Source: a virus
Lineage: Duplodnaviria > Caudoviricetes
Virus record (IMG/VR): IMGVR_UViG_3300021256_000062
Location: 94,918-158,917 of that record
Reading direction: 5' to 3' (one strand)
Length of the DNA stretch: 64,000 bases
This document shows, in pieces, positions 36,962 through 47,932 of this stretch. Position 1 is the stretch's first letter; every line of letters starts with the position of its first letter. A program made the translations under genes and the position numbers. Under the pieces are notes generated by a model that was not told where the DNA came from, ran no database searches, and worked only from the letters and a program-made list of their open reading frames with translations.

Positions 36962-39900
36962 TATTTACTGTCCTCCGTTTTAACAAACTTAATCTTTTCG
37001 CCAGTATCTTTATAACATTTAGTACAATACCATCTAGGACTACCATTAGGTAAATCATCACCATATGTTTTAACAAATGGAGTTTGTCTTGCATATCTTA
37101 ATGTACTACCACAACCTGGACATGCAAATTTATATGGGAATTCATCTTTAGTGACCTCTTTCCAATTCTCACTATCAGATAGTCTAGAGAATGGAATACC
37201 ACTTACTGCACTAATTTTATTCATAATATCTTTCCATACTTTTCCATGACCAGATAATTTACCTTTATATTTCTTATCTCTATATTTACATTTTTGAGAT
37301 TCTCCATCATAATAGATATAATTCTCAAAATCATTTTGATAAGCAATAACGTGTCCTAATTCATGTAGGACTGTATCTTTAATTTCATCTTCTGGTAACT
37401 CTTCTAGGTGTTTACTAAATGTAACCATAGTATATCCATATTCAGGATAATAAGCTGAACCTAAATTATTTATTCTAGATGATTCAGTCCAGAATCTTAA
37501 TGGATAATTATATAGGTAATGAGTATATTCATTATTCATATAATCCATTAAATCATACCCAGCTTCTTTTACTATACCAATACATTCTTCTACAATCTTT
37601 TTCATTTTAGGAGATAGTGCTGATTTAGTATCTACATTAAAAGCTTCTTCTAAACTACTATTTAAATCTATATCTTTTAAATCAACTTGAGATAGATTAA
37701 ATACACAATAACAATTGCTGCCATCTTCTATTGATTTAATTCCATCATATCCATTCTTAATGCATAACTCTTTAAATGATTTTAATTGTACTATAGATAA
37801 TATTCTTTGTGCATTCTTATCTAAATTTGCAAGTTCTTTTGGTTCTACATTTAATTTATTTGCAATATCAATAAATTCTTTTCTAAATTTAGTAGGTATT
37901 ATATCTCTAATATATAAATCAGTATTACCAACATCTATTGGATTATGTAAAGATATATCTGCAATAAATATATTATCTCCATATATAAATCCATATCCAA
38001 TATCTTCAGTAAACCATAACATTGTTTCAGATTTATTTACATCTATTTCTTTACTTGGTGTACAGTGATATACATTCTTAATATTAAATTCATTATCTAA
38101 TGATTCTTCTATAATTACAGGTAGTTCTACAAACTCATATCCATCATTATATAATGCTCTAGTTCTATGTCTACCATCACCTAGTTCTAATCTTCCATCT
38201 TTCTTTCTAACTGCATAAGGTACTTCACTCATTCTCCACTTACTTGCTTTATCTTTATCAATAGAGAATTCACTTGCAGATTTATTATCCCATTGTCTTT
38301 GATGATATGAATTTAAGTCATCATCATCTAATAAATTATTATCATCTACTAATTTTTTAATAGGTACTCTTTCAACACTAGCTTTTCTATCTTTCCAATA
38401 GTAGTCAATAGATGCTTGTGAATTAGGGAAAGTAAAGACTTTAGATTCATTTATATTGGATGAGTTAGTAGGGTCAGTATTGTCTATATTTTTTATTTGG
38501 TCTTGATACATTACACCAATTGTCATACTACCCATCTCTATTGCTATTTGACCATCATATCCTCTTTCTTTTAGGATGTCTCTAAATCCACTTGTTCTTG
38601 TTATATCAAATAGTTCGATACCAAAAAAGAATTCAGTACCAAAATTAGTTTCCTCTTGTCCTATTTCAATTAAATCCTCCACATCTACATTTAATCTATT
38701 TGCAAGGTCTATAAGATATTTAGTAGGTGTCTTGCCATCATCTTCTACTGCAGGTTGATGTGTATCTCCTGTATCGAATGGGTTCTTAACATTTAAATAA
38801 ACATTGAATGTATAACTATTAATTCCCTTATATCCATCATTAGAATAGTTTTTAGTGTATTCTTTATCTGGACTGAACCAAGCAAATTCATCTCTTCCTA
38901 CATATCTACCAAGTTCAAACACATCAAACTTACCATTCATAGTTCCATGATGACATAATAATAATTTACCATTATTGTCTCTAATTTTACTGTCTTTAAA
39001 GTAGTTAACTTGTTCTTGAGATAATGGATTTCCTGCTGAATCAGTTTCTTGTGTTAAATCTTCATTAATATTATTTGAATTAGTAGGCTTAGTATTATTA
39101 ACTGATTTAATTTGATTCTCATTAAATACAACATAAACATCCATAGGTATTGATTTACCTCTTGGATTGTCTATTACATTCTTTACAATAATTCCATCAC
39201 AATTATTTTTATGTGCATCTTCAAATGCTTTAGGATACACATTATAGAAATAATCTCCATTTGCATCTAATATAAATGGTTGTTTAATATTAAGATAGCA
39301 AGTTTTTAATGTTCCTAATCTTTCAGTATTATTTTCATAATCTTCATCATTTAATAAATCAGATAACTTGTTTGTTCCTGTATAATCCATAAATGCTTTT
39401 TTAGTTTCATCATTAGGATTATCAGTAAATTTCTTTAGTAATTCATCTTTATCTTTTGTATATTTCTTAACTCTTTCATCAGTCATTGTATCAACTGAAT
39501 AACCTTGAGCTTTAGATTTATTATTTGTAAAATAGAACGCCTTGCCAAAGTCCTGTCCTGTTTGATGGTTAGGGTCATATATAAAAGTATCAAAATCAGT
39601 CTTTGACTTACTACCGTGATATAACACTAATAAGTGACCACTATCATCTCTTGCCTTTGAATCTTTAAAGAATTCTATTTGTTCTGGAGTAAGATTGTTT
39701 CCTTGTGAATCTGTTTGTACTGATTCATCTAATACAGTTTCATCTCCTAAATCACATAAAGGACATTCTCCTGCATCATTTAATTCAGTTCCACAATTAG
39801 GACACTTTGGATTTCTAATTGGTTCACTTGCATTATAATCAGTTCCATTCTTTAATTCATCTTCAGTATATAAATATATAGGATTTAGAAAAATCTTTGC

Positions 39901-40059
39901 CTTTCTAGGGTCAAGTCCTAATTTAGGTTTTATTTTAAATTGTAAATTCTTTAATGCCTCTTCATCACTTTTAGCATGAGTGTCTTCATTTACATTATAG
40001 CTATTTCCATTGACATCCTTTACAATGCCTATGTAGTAATATTGTTTTTTATCATCCAT
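36961..40059 (-). CDS. Polyvalent protein: Zn ribbon, 3 ART-PolyVal-like, ParB-like, SprT-like metallopeptidase
   Basis: CPNC/CPLC; YHGS, HHGT, YHCT; GDGRHR; HELGH..GHGKVW + CPGC/CTKC. Confidence 0.78.
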   Translation of the reverse strand: MDDKKQYYYIGIVKDVNGNSYNVNEDTHAKSDEEALKNLQFKIKPKLGLDPRKAKIFLNPIYLYTEDELKNGTDYNASEPIRNPKCPNCGTELNDAGECPLCDLGDETVLDESVQTDSQGNNLTPEQIEFFKDSKARDDSGHLLVLYHGSKSKTDFDTFIYDPNHQTGQDFGKAFYFTNNKSKAQGYSVDTMTDERVKKYTKDKDELLKKFTDNPNDETKKAFMDYTGTNKLSDLLNDEDYENNTERLGTLKTCYLNIKQPFILDANGDYFYNVYPKAFEDAHKNNCDGIIVKNVIDNPRGKSIPMDVYVVFNENQIKSVNNTKPTNSNNINEDLTQETDSAGNPLSQEQVNYFKDSKIRDNNGKLLLCHHGTMNGKFDVFELGRYVGRDEFAWFSPDKEYTKNYSNDGYKGINSYTFNVYLNVKNPFDTGDTHQPAVEDDGKTPTKYLIDLANRLNVDVEDLIEIGQEETNFGTEFFFGIELFDITRTSGFRDILKERGYDGQIAIEMGSMTIGVMYQDQIKNIDNTDPTNSSNINESKVFTFPNSQASIDYYWKDRKASVERVPIKKLVDDNNLLDDDDLNSYHQRQWDNKSASEFSIDKDKASKWRMSEVPYAVRKKDGRLELGDGRHRTRALYNDGYEFVELPVIIEESLDNEFNIKNVYHCTPSKEIDVNKSETMLWFTEDIGYGFIYGDNIFIADISLHNPIDVGNTDLYIRDIIPTKFRKEFIDIANKLNVEPKELANLDKNAQRILSIVQLKSFKELCIKNGYDGIKSIEDGSNCYCVFNLSQVDLKDIDLNSSLEEAFNVDTKSALSPKMKKIVEECIGIVKEAGYDLMDYMNNEYTHYLYNYPLRFWTESSRINNLGSAYYPEYGYTMVTFSKHLEELPEDEIKDTVLHELGHVIAYQNDFENYIYYDGESQKCKYRDKKYKGKLSGHGKVWKDIMNKISAVSGIPFSRLSDSENWKEVTKDEFPYKFACPGCGSTLRYARQTPFVKTYGDDLPNGSPRWYCTKCYKDTGEKIKFVKTEDSK

Positions 40060-40246
40060 AAATTGTATCTCCTTAATAAAATAGGAGTAACATTTAGCAA
40101 CCGATTAAGTGTTACTATCTTGTTACTCCTTCTCATCACATAATTAACACTCAAGAAATATCTAAAAGTATTATCGTTTATTGTTCTCTTTATTATACAA
40201 TATTTTCATTATATTATTTTAATAAAATTAAGAATGTTCCCTATAA

Positions 40247-40894
40247 TTATTTAATATTGTTCTTATTAAATTTAGAATTCATTAATGCTATTAATTTCTT
40301 TTTATTTTCTTTTGTCCAAGCATCTTCATAAGATATATCAAGTTCTTCTAGATAATCTATAAAAAATGGTGATGAACGTGGAAAATCAAACTGAGGTTTA
40401 TTATCATTACCTAATAAACTTTTATTATCATTATGTTGTACTAATACTGGTCTGTAATTTATAATATCTATTTTTAACTTATGTAATGCAATATTCTCAA
40501 TAGTATCATACTGTCTATATCTATCCTTATTTTCCCACATTATTTTTGCAATAAGTTTACCGAATCCTTTCGGATAATAAGTTCCAACATTACTACTGAA
40601 TATACTGGCTTTAGTTGTAGTGAACCATATGTAAGGCTCAGTAAAGAAATTAATTACCTTATCAGGATACTCACTAATTGCTTTCTCTATGTGCTTTTTA
40701 AAATTCTTACACAAAATCGCATCATCTTCTAATAATATGCTATCATAATCAGATATAGTTTCTAATTGCTCAATAAAACTCTTAACTGGTTGATGTTCAT
40801 AGTCAACTAGGAGAGTATAATCCTCCCCTAGTTCTCTACTCACGCTCTCATCCAATTCACGCTCTAAAGTAGTTCTTATAAAGTATTTAATCAT
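40247..40894 (-). CDS. Glycosyltransferase family 25-like protein
   Basis: ILLEDD, YRPVLVQH; close paralog of 25640-26275. Confidence 0.65.
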   Translation of the reverse strand: MIKYFIRTTLERELDESVSRELGEDYTLLVDYEHQPVKSFIEQLETISDYDSILLEDDAILCKNFKKHIEKAISEYPDKVINFFTEPYIWFTTTKASIFSSNVGTYYPKGFGKLIAKIMWENKDRYRQYDTIENIALHKLKIDIINYRPVLVQHNDNKSLLGNDNKPQFDFPRSSPFFIDYLEELDISYEDAWTKENKKKLIALMNSKFNKNNIK

Positions 40895-40896
40895 TT

Positions 40897-41946
40897 TTAA
40901 TCTTTAAACATAGAGAAAGTTTCTTCAAATGAGATATACTCTTTACTTCCAGAATGCCAGTCATATATAGAGTTAACAAAAATATCTTCTGAAGGTGTAT
41001 TATGAATATTATCTCTAGATAATACTATAGATTCAATTTTTTCTTTATTAAGAGTTAATACTCCTCTATATGTATTAGATGAAACTAAGTCTTCTAATCG
41101 AGTGCCAAATAAATAAATATCGGAACCTCCTACACATACATTATATCCAAATCTAATAACAGTCCAGTCTTCTCCAGAATCATTGTTATATCCTATATGG
41201 ATTGTTTTTTGGTCTTCTGGTGAAATAGGTTCGTCAATATTGAAATTGTATTTTTCAAGTAATGCAATAACAGCATCTACATCAAAATGCTTACCAAATA
41301 CTGAGTTAAAATCATAGAAAGTACAAACATACTTACTACTTGAGCTACTTCCACTACCTACTTCAGTCCAAGTAGAAGTTGTTATTTCTTCAGTATGTGA
41401 ACCACCTTCAAATAAGAATGCTATATTTAATAAATCCGTATTCACATCTTCTAGATTATCTACAAAAGTTTGAGTAATTGTAACTGAAGGTATTTCAGTG
41501 AATTCATACATACTAAATTCAGCCAAATCTTCTGGTAAACTTTCAAATAAACATTCGTAGGATATAGACCTGTTTCCATTATCAGCATAATAGTGTATAG
41601 TGTATTCTACAGGTTGTTTTCCAGGGTTGTACTTGTTGAATTCAAAATAAGTTTCATCATCAACCTCGACTGTAACTATACCACTAATGCCAGTTAAATG
41701 ATTTCTAATATCTTTTACTAAGATTTCATCCTTAAATTTATAACTCTTGCCTACTTCTAAATCACTAATTACTTTTTCCTCCACAGTAGTAGTATAACTC
41801 CAAATTTTACCATCTGGTGTTTTATAAAGAGTATTTTCATTACCGACTTCTGGTAAGGTATCTACTAATTGTACACCACCTTTACTAAATTTACCTTTTA
41901 AATAATCTGTAGCCTTTTTATCTAATTTTATTTCATTATTTGTCAT
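40897..41946 (-). CDS. Fibre-like protein, NNEIxLD family
   Basis: Conserved blocks shared with 26268 and 43821. Confidence 0.55.
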   Translation of the reverse strand: MTNNEIKLDKKATDYLKGKFSKGGVQLVDTLPEVGNENTLYKTPDGKIWSYTTTVEEKVISDLEVGKSYKFKDEILVKDIRNHLTGISGIVTVEVDDETYFEFNKYNPGKQPVEYTIHYYADNGNRSISYECLFESLPEDLAEFSMYEFTEIPSVTITQTFVDNLEDVNTDLLNIAFLFEGGSHTEEITTSTWTEVGSGSSSSSKYVCTFYDFNSVFGKHFDVDAVIALLEKYNFNIDEPISPEDQKTIHIGYNNDSGEDWTVIRFGYNVCVGGSDIYLFGTRLEDLVSSNTYRGVLTLNKEKIESIVLSRDNIHNTPSEDIFVNSIYDWHSGSKEYISFEETFSMFKD

Positions 41947-42258
41947 TTTTTATTTTATTCTCCTTTTTATTATTTTTATAATTCAAAATCTAAATCTAAC
42001 GAACTGATAGTTTCAAAATTATACCAAATAACTTTCTATTGAAACACCACCATTTGGAATATTATCCCTTTTAATATTAGGATAAATATTAATAGATGAA
42101 TCACCCTTCTTTTTTAATGTTGTAATTGTATCTGACATAATTAATCACCTTCCTTATTGTATTTGAATAGTATTATCATAGAATGACACTAAATTACTTG
42201 CGATGAAGAATGAGTTTTCTTTTTCGTTATAATATTTCATAGGCTTTTCCTTTTCTAA

Positions 42259-42798
42259 TTAAAATAATTGTATCACAATATCTTCAAACATTCCGTTATA
42301 ATCATCTAAATCTTTTTGAGTGATATAATCAGTTTTAAGTTCATACATTTGGTCATCGTAACAAATTCCTAACTTAGTTAAATCATTTTCATCATCATTG
42401 TAAACACCTGTTATAACATACCCATTCTCACTACCACTAGCATTTATACACTTAGGTTTTCCATTATTATATTCGAAGCCGTTATCGTATAAATATCTTA
42501 CTAATGTGTTTAAAGTAAGTGGAGTGTTTGAAGTGGTAATTATAGATGTAGTTAAGAAAAAACTTTGTTCTGCATCTTCCGGTCCAATTATTGCATTTAA
42601 TGTAATATTATGTTGATAAAGTGTAGGTCCACTAGATGAAATAACATACTTAACACCATCTACTTCTAAACCAGTTAAAGATTCTTCATCACCACTTAAT
42701 GTAGGATTAGCAACTACTGTAGTTCCACCTTGTCCACCTATCTTATCCTTTAGGTAGTTTGTCGCTTTTTGGTCTAGTTTAATTTCATTTGTTGCCAT
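42259..42798 (-). CDS. Short fibre-like protein, NEIKLD family
   Basis: Same N-terminal anchor; VVANPTLSG...LYQH.I motif. Confidence 0.55.
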   Translation of the reverse strand: MATNEIKLDQKATNYLKDKIGGQGGTTVVANPTLSGDEESLTGLEVDGVKYVISSSGPTLYQHNITLNAIIGPEDAEQSFFLTTSIITTSNTPLTLNTLVRYLYDNGFEYNNGKPKCINASGSENGYVITGVYNDDENDLTKLGICYDDQMYELKTDYITQKDLDDYNGMFEDIVIQLF

Positions 42799-42874
42799 TT
42801 TTTATTTTTCCTTCCTTTTTTATATTTTAAAAATGGACGAATGATTTAACACTCATCCTTATAATTTAATCATA

Positions 42875-43276
42875 TTAGTTTCCTAAATATGTAATTGAGA
42901 AATTTTCATCATCAATAATTTTTATTGGATTTCCACTTGTATTCACTACAATTAAATTATGTTCATTCGCAAAAGGTGTACTAACTGATTGACTTGCTAT
43001 TGCAATAAAAATTTCATCACCATTGGAATTAGTACCAAATGTAGAAATGAATGTAGCATCATTTGTCCTAATACCTTTATTATATAAGTAATTATATAAA
43101 TCTTCATAAGTTTCTAGTGTATTATCATCAACTTGAATTGTCACATCCATCGTATAATCGTTAATAGAACCATAAATATCAATATATTGTATTTGTGAAC
43201 CACCTGAACCTCCTCCACCTAACTTATCTTTTAGGTAGTTAGTTGCTTTACTATCTAATTTAATCTCGTTATTCAT
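42875..43276 (-). CDS. Short fibre-like protein, NEIKLD family
   Basis: MNNEIKLDSKATNYLKDKLGGGG anchor. Confidence 0.55.
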   Translation of the reverse strand: MNNEIKLDSKATNYLKDKLGGGGSGGSQIQYIDIYGSINDYTMDVTIQVDDNTLETYEDLYNYLYNKGIRTNDATFISTFGTNSNGDEIFIAIASQSVSTPFANEHNLIVVNTSGNPIKIIDDENFSITYLGN

Positions 43277-43296
43277 ACTTTAAGTTTCTCCTTTAT

Positions 43297-43671
43297 TTAT
43301 TTCTTTAAACTATAAATTACGCTTTCAATCTTATTCTTTAAGTATTCTTGAACATCTCCAAAATTAGCCTTAATATAATCTACTAATTCTGTTGTTAATT
43401 GAGAATTAATGATTGCTAATGCTCTTTCTTTTGCTTCTTCCTGTTTCTCTTTTGTAAATGCTCCTTGTTTCTTTAATACATCAACGAATGATTGAAATAC
43501 TGATTGAACTGCATTCATTGTTATTGTGGTAATATCTGTTGAAATCTTAGCCATCTTTTTATCTTTAATTTTACTATTAAAGAAATTAGTTATTACTATT
43601 GTTAGCCAAGATAATAATCCTGTAATAAATGTTCCAACAGCTGTCCACAATATTGCATAAAATTGTTCCAT
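43297..43671 (-). CDS. Putative holin (LL-H-like)
   Basis: N-terminal TM helix; AVQSVFQ.FVD.LKK.G.F, KIES.IY.LK. Confidence 0.6.
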   Translation of the reverse strand: MEQFYAILWTAVGTFITGLLSWLTIVITNFFNSKIKDKKMAKISTDITTITMNAVQSVFQSFVDVLKKQGAFTKEKQEEAKERALAIINSQLTTELVDYIKANFGDVQEYLKNKIESVIYSLKK

Positions 43672-43820
43672 ATATTCTCTTTCTCCTTTTAATAAAATAA
43701 AATTATGTAAGTAGATGCTTAGTTAAGTGTTACCCTACTTACATAAGTATTATACAAGAAAATATTAATTAAGTGATGAGAAATTCCACTATTTTTTCTA
43801 ACACTTTCTTTCTCTTTTAA

Positions 43821-44762
43821 TTATTCTACTGCTTTAAAACGCCATTCACCATCTTGTTGACTATATTCAATTTGATAAGTATATTGTCCAGCATCTGTAT
43901 TTACATCATAATCATTAATAATTACAAATGTATAAGGCGATATCTCTGTCTCATCTTCGTAATAATCAGCACTTGTAATGACTGAATTAATATATGCGTG
44001 ATGAGTTTCAGGACCTGCATTTGCGATATAGCCATTAATAAATACAGGACCATTTTTTAACATATTATATATTTCTTCATTAGTTTTATTTAATGTTAAT
44101 TTAAGTGTGGCTATGTCAACACTTAATATTTTAACTAATTGCATACCACTAGAACCTCCTACTTCAGACCAAGTAGAAATAGTAGTTGTTTCAGTATGTG
44201 AACCACCCTTAAATAAGAATGCAAATTCTATAAGTTCTGCATCTGCATTTTGAACTTGGTCTACAAAAGTTTGAGTAATTGTAACTAAAGGAATTTCAGT
44301 AAATCCATCTAATGTTATTGCAACTTTTTCTTGTGTGTATCCTTCAGGAACCGTAAAACTTGCAATATAAGATTCTTCATCAGTATCCTCAATATATTCT
44401 ATAAGATTTAGATGTATATCTTGTTCAGGAATTACACCTTCACGAACTTCAAAATGTGTATATTTCTCTCCATCATCCTTAAATTCAAAACTACAGTCAT
44501 TATATTTATTGAAAAATTGCTGAAAATCACTAAGTTCAATTTCCGAATTTAACTTATAACTCTTACCTACTTCTAAGTCGCATATAGTCTTAGTTTCAGT
44601 AGTGTTAATACAAGACCAAATCTTGCCATCTGGTGTTTTATATAATGTATCTTCTTTACCTATTTCTGGTAGTTCATCTACTAAAACCATACCTCCACCA
44701 CTACCTGTTATTTTCTTTAATTGATTTAATGCTTTATTATCAAATATTGCTTTATTATTCAT
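43821..44762 (-). CDS. Fibre-like protein, NNEIxLD family
   Basis: Conserved blocks shared with 26268 and 40897. Confidence 0.55.
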   Translation of the reverse strand: MNNKAIFDNKALNQLKKITGSGGGMVLVDELPEIGKEDTLYKTPDGKIWSCINTTETKTICDLEVGKSYKLNSEIELSDFQQFFNKYNDCSFEFKDDGEKYTHFEVREGVIPEQDIHLNLIEYIEDTDEESYIASFTVPEGYTQEKVAITLDGFTEIPLVTITQTFVDQVQNADAELIEFAFLFKGGSHTETTTISTWSEVGGSSGMQLVKILSVDIATLKLTLNKTNEEIYNMLKNGPVFINGYIANAGPETHHAYINSVITSADYYEDETEISPYTFVIINDYDVNTDAGQYTYQIEYSQQDGEWRFKAVE

Positions 44763-44783
44763 TTATTATATTCTCCTTCTTTT

Positions 44784-47060
44784 TTATATTTTTTGGTTAG
44801 TTTGCTCTGTAATAGTTAGTGTTGATGATGATGTGAAAGCAATAGCACCACCTACACCCACACTACCATTAATTGTATTAGTGAAGCAAGATTGTAATCC
44901 CTTATTGTTTTCATCTGAATTAGCCATAAAGCCCATACTACTAATAATTTCGTTTTCGACTTTTACACCAATGAAATCATATTCACAAATTGTTCTACCA
45001 TTATCTTGTTTAGCGTAAGATAAAACTAATTGAAATACTTGCTTTAATGATGTGAAATTATCACTTGTATCACTCTTTAAAGTGTCATATAGAGTTATAA
45101 CATCAGTAGGTGTTGAAAGGCTAGTTCCCATAGCAGTATTAATAGCAGTTAATAATTCACTAAACTTGCTAGGTGTTATAAAAGCATATAATCTAACATA
45201 AGGAATATCAATATCTTCATCTTCCAAAACGATTTTGTAATAACTCTCACTTGTTGATGAGCCACCACCACAGAATGAATAATCACTAACAACTACATTT
45301 GATACTCTTGTAAAAGCTTGACCTGTAAATAAAGGATACAAACCAAGTAGGTCGTATATTTCTTTTAGTGTTGCACCACGCCTTTGAGATTCTACAAATG
45401 TTCCATCAATATAATCGTATGAAAAATCAATTAATATTTTAGTTAATGAACTTGATACATATATTGCTTGTCCGTATAGTTGCAAAACATTACTATCAGT
45501 ATTTCCTAAAGTAGATATTTGTTGATTAATCATTTGTGCTATTTCATTAATGCTAGTAAAATTAGTTTGCATAGCACTATTAACCTGTGATACAATTTCT
45601 TGCTCTTGATTTTTTAGAATTATAATTTCAAAATCTCTTTTTAATGAAGCAGTTTGTGTTGTATCGTTTGTATCAGTATATGTTTCATCTTTCTCGGCAC
45701 TAAATACAATTTTATATGCGTTATTGCTATCAACACTGCTTCCACCATTTCCACCAGAAGCTGTTGTACTCTTTGATAGCTTTAAAGATACTAAATTACT
45801 TTTTGTAATATTGTAAACAGTACCTTCAAATTCAGCAAGACGTAATTTTATAATATAATCAGGAACTCCTGGATTAGGATTAAATAATAAATCCCAAGTA
45901 TTAGTATCACTATTATCTTCAAAGTAGAAACGTGCTCCTACATGGAAAACTGATTCATCACCAGGTACTCCGTCTGTGTAAGTTGTACCGCTTAGTACTC
46001 TAGCTACGCCATACATTAATACATTTCCTACAATAACTGGTCCTAGAGTATCTTTATATTGATTAGCAAGATTAATTATATCTTCTAGATTACTTACAGT
46101 AACTTGTAAACCTAAATCTGCTAATTCTTTATTAGTGAACTTAACCATAAAGTTAATTGTTCTTTCTTCGTTAGGTACTAGAGCTTTAATATAGAATCTA
46201 GTAGTTGTAGTTTCACTATCTACACTATCAAATTCTGTTTCTAGAATATAATCAGATTCTCCACTAGAACCTCCTGATTTATTAGGAAATAGTACAAACA
46301 ATACTGCAGGTTCTTGTCCTACAACATATTCTAAAAGTGTACCTCTAAAAGCATATAGTCCTGCTCCTGTTTCAGGGTCTGTTCCTACTTTAAAATTATC
46401 AATAGTTTTCTTTGTTAATAAAGGAGCACTACCTAAATAGAAGTTAGAATCCATATCTACTACAACTGTTGTCATCCCTCCTAGTGCAAATGCTAGAGGT
46501 TTATTTTCATCTAAATTAGCTATTACGTTATCTGTATCCTCATAAGCTAATGTAATAACAGATTCAGTAGCTCCTATATTTGAACTAAATACTTCGAAAC
46601 TTTCACTAAAACCTTCCTTATATTCCAGATTACCTTGTACCGAACCTTTAGTATAAGGGTATTCATTTCTACTGAATATAACATCATTATTTTCATAATA
46701 TAGTGTGAATAGTAAATCTGTGATGACAGCTGTATCTAAATGAACAAGTTTGTTATAGACAGCATAAGTATTACTACCTAAACATTTTAGATAAATTCTA
46801 TTTCCTGAGAAATGATAGTTTCCTAGTAGATTATTATCTAAATCTTCTGTATAGAATAGTAAGTCTTTATTTGCACCAATAGCACTTCTTAATTCCAAAG
46901 AGATAGTTGCTCTATAATCTTCTACTCCATCTCCAGATTGTCGATGGAATTCTATGTCTGTATGTTTTACTTGATAGACATTACTTTCTCCACTACTTCC
47001 ACCACCACCTTGTTTCAAGGCTTGTGCTGCCATACCTCTTGCAATAATATCAGTTGCCAT
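44784..47060 (-). CDS. Large fibre/receptor-binding-like protein with Gly/Ser-linked modules
   Basis: MATDIIARGMA start; repeated GG(G)SS..S.Y linkers separating related modules. Confidence 0.5.
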   Translation of the reverse strand: MATDIIARGMAAQALKQGGGGSSGESNVYQVKHTDIEFHRQSGDGVEDYRATISLELRSAIGANKDLLFYTEDLDNNLLGNYHFSGNRIYLKCLGSNTYAVYNKLVHLDTAVITDLLFTLYYENNDVIFSRNEYPYTKGSVQGNLEYKEGFSESFEVFSSNIGATESVITLAYEDTDNVIANLDENKPLAFALGGMTTVVVDMDSNFYLGSAPLLTKKTIDNFKVGTDPETGAGLYAFRGTLLEYVVGQEPAVLFVLFPNKSGGSSGESDYILETEFDSVDSETTTTRFYIKALVPNEERTINFMVKFTNKELADLGLQVTVSNLEDIINLANQYKDTLGPVIVGNVLMYGVARVLSGTTYTDGVPGDESVFHVGARFYFEDNSDTNTWDLLFNPNPGVPDYIIKLRLAEFEGTVYNITKSNLVSLKLSKSTTASGGNGGSSVDSNNAYKIVFSAEKDETYTDTNDTTQTASLKRDFEIIILKNQEQEIVSQVNSAMQTNFTSINEIAQMINQQISTLGNTDSNVLQLYGQAIYVSSSLTKILIDFSYDYIDGTFVESQRRGATLKEIYDLLGLYPLFTGQAFTRVSNVVVSDYSFCGGGSSTSESYYKIVLEDEDIDIPYVRLYAFITPSKFSELLTAINTAMGTSLSTPTDVITLYDTLKSDTSDNFTSLKQVFQLVLSYAKQDNGRTICEYDFIGVKVENEIISSMGFMANSDENNKGLQSCFTNTINGSVGVGGAIAFTSSSTLTITEQTNQKI

Positions 47061-47061
47061 A

Positions 47062-47409
47062 TTAGTATACCTCCATCATTGTAATTATAGTATCTTCTGA
47101 AAGGTTGTTTACTTTTAATCTAACTTTTTGACAACCTGCTAATGAAGCGAAATATATTCCTTTTGCTTCTGCCTTACTACTTACTGAATAATCACTAGCA
47201 TTGATTAAAGCAATTGTAGTCCATTCTAATTCACTAGTAGTGTTTACTGCTACTTGAACTTCAATGTCACAAGTATCTGTTCCTTTAATCTCTAATACTA
47301 CATCACTTAAATTAAAACAATTAAAAGATGGAGAATATTCACCATCTATCTTATTTTTCTCATCTTGAAATATTATCATTGTTGGGCTTGTTGGATTAAT
47401 ATTTTTCAT
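47062..47409 (-). CDS. Putative small structural protein
   Basis: 115 aa beta-rich, coupled to the downstream fibre-like gene. Confidence 0.5.
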   Translation of the reverse strand: MKNINPTSPTMIIFQDEKNKIDGEYSPSFNCFNLSDVVLEIKGTDTCDIEVQVAVNTTSELEWTTIALINASDYSVSSKAEAKGIYFASLAGCQKVRLKVNNLSEDTIITMMEVY

Positions 47410-47424
47410 CTTCTATTTTCTCCT

Positions 47425-47799
47425 TTACTCATTTAAAATTTTCTTTTTAGGACTTTCTTCAGGTAGTGACATAAATCTTTCGTGGATTCCATCCATTACA
47501 CCATTCTTACCTAAATTATGATATCCCATGTAAATAAATTCAAAGTCGTTCTTAACATCTATAGGTGCATATCCTTTTGGATAGTACTCATTATATATGT
47601 CGTATAACTCATGTCTTAATAATGCTTGAACAGCTCTTCTTAAATTCTCATCTCTCGCTTCTAGTTCTTTTGCAAGTATCTTAGCATTCTGTACTTTTCT
47701 TTTAGTAGAGTTTGCAATAAGATTAAATATTAGATTTACTGTAGCAGTTATTAATGCTGAACCACCCAGTGCAAGAACAATTGTTAACCATATTGGCAT
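47425..47799 (-). CDS. Membrane protein, holin-associated family
   Basis: N-terminal TM; ALLRHEL...YHNLGKNGVMD. Confidence 0.55.
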   Translation of the reverse strand: MPIWLTIVLALGGSALITATVNLIFNLIANSTKRKVQNAKILAKELEARDENLRRAVQALLRHELYDIYNEYYPKGYAPIDVKNDFEFIYMGYHNLGKNGVMDGIHERFMSLPEESPKKKILNE

Positions 47800-47932
47800 A
47801 CTATTTACCTCACTTCTATCATATTATACATTATTAAGATACAGTTATATCTTTATAATTCATATAATTTAGCTAACTCATAAATAATTTTTTACCTTTA
47901 ATTTTATTAAAAATTATAAAAAAAAAAGAAGA

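Noticed and set aside
40897-44762. Diversity-generating retroelement or invertase shufflon behind the fibre paralogs
   Set aside because: No reverse transcriptase or recombinase in the window, no adenine-specific TR/VR pair, all copies in the same orientation
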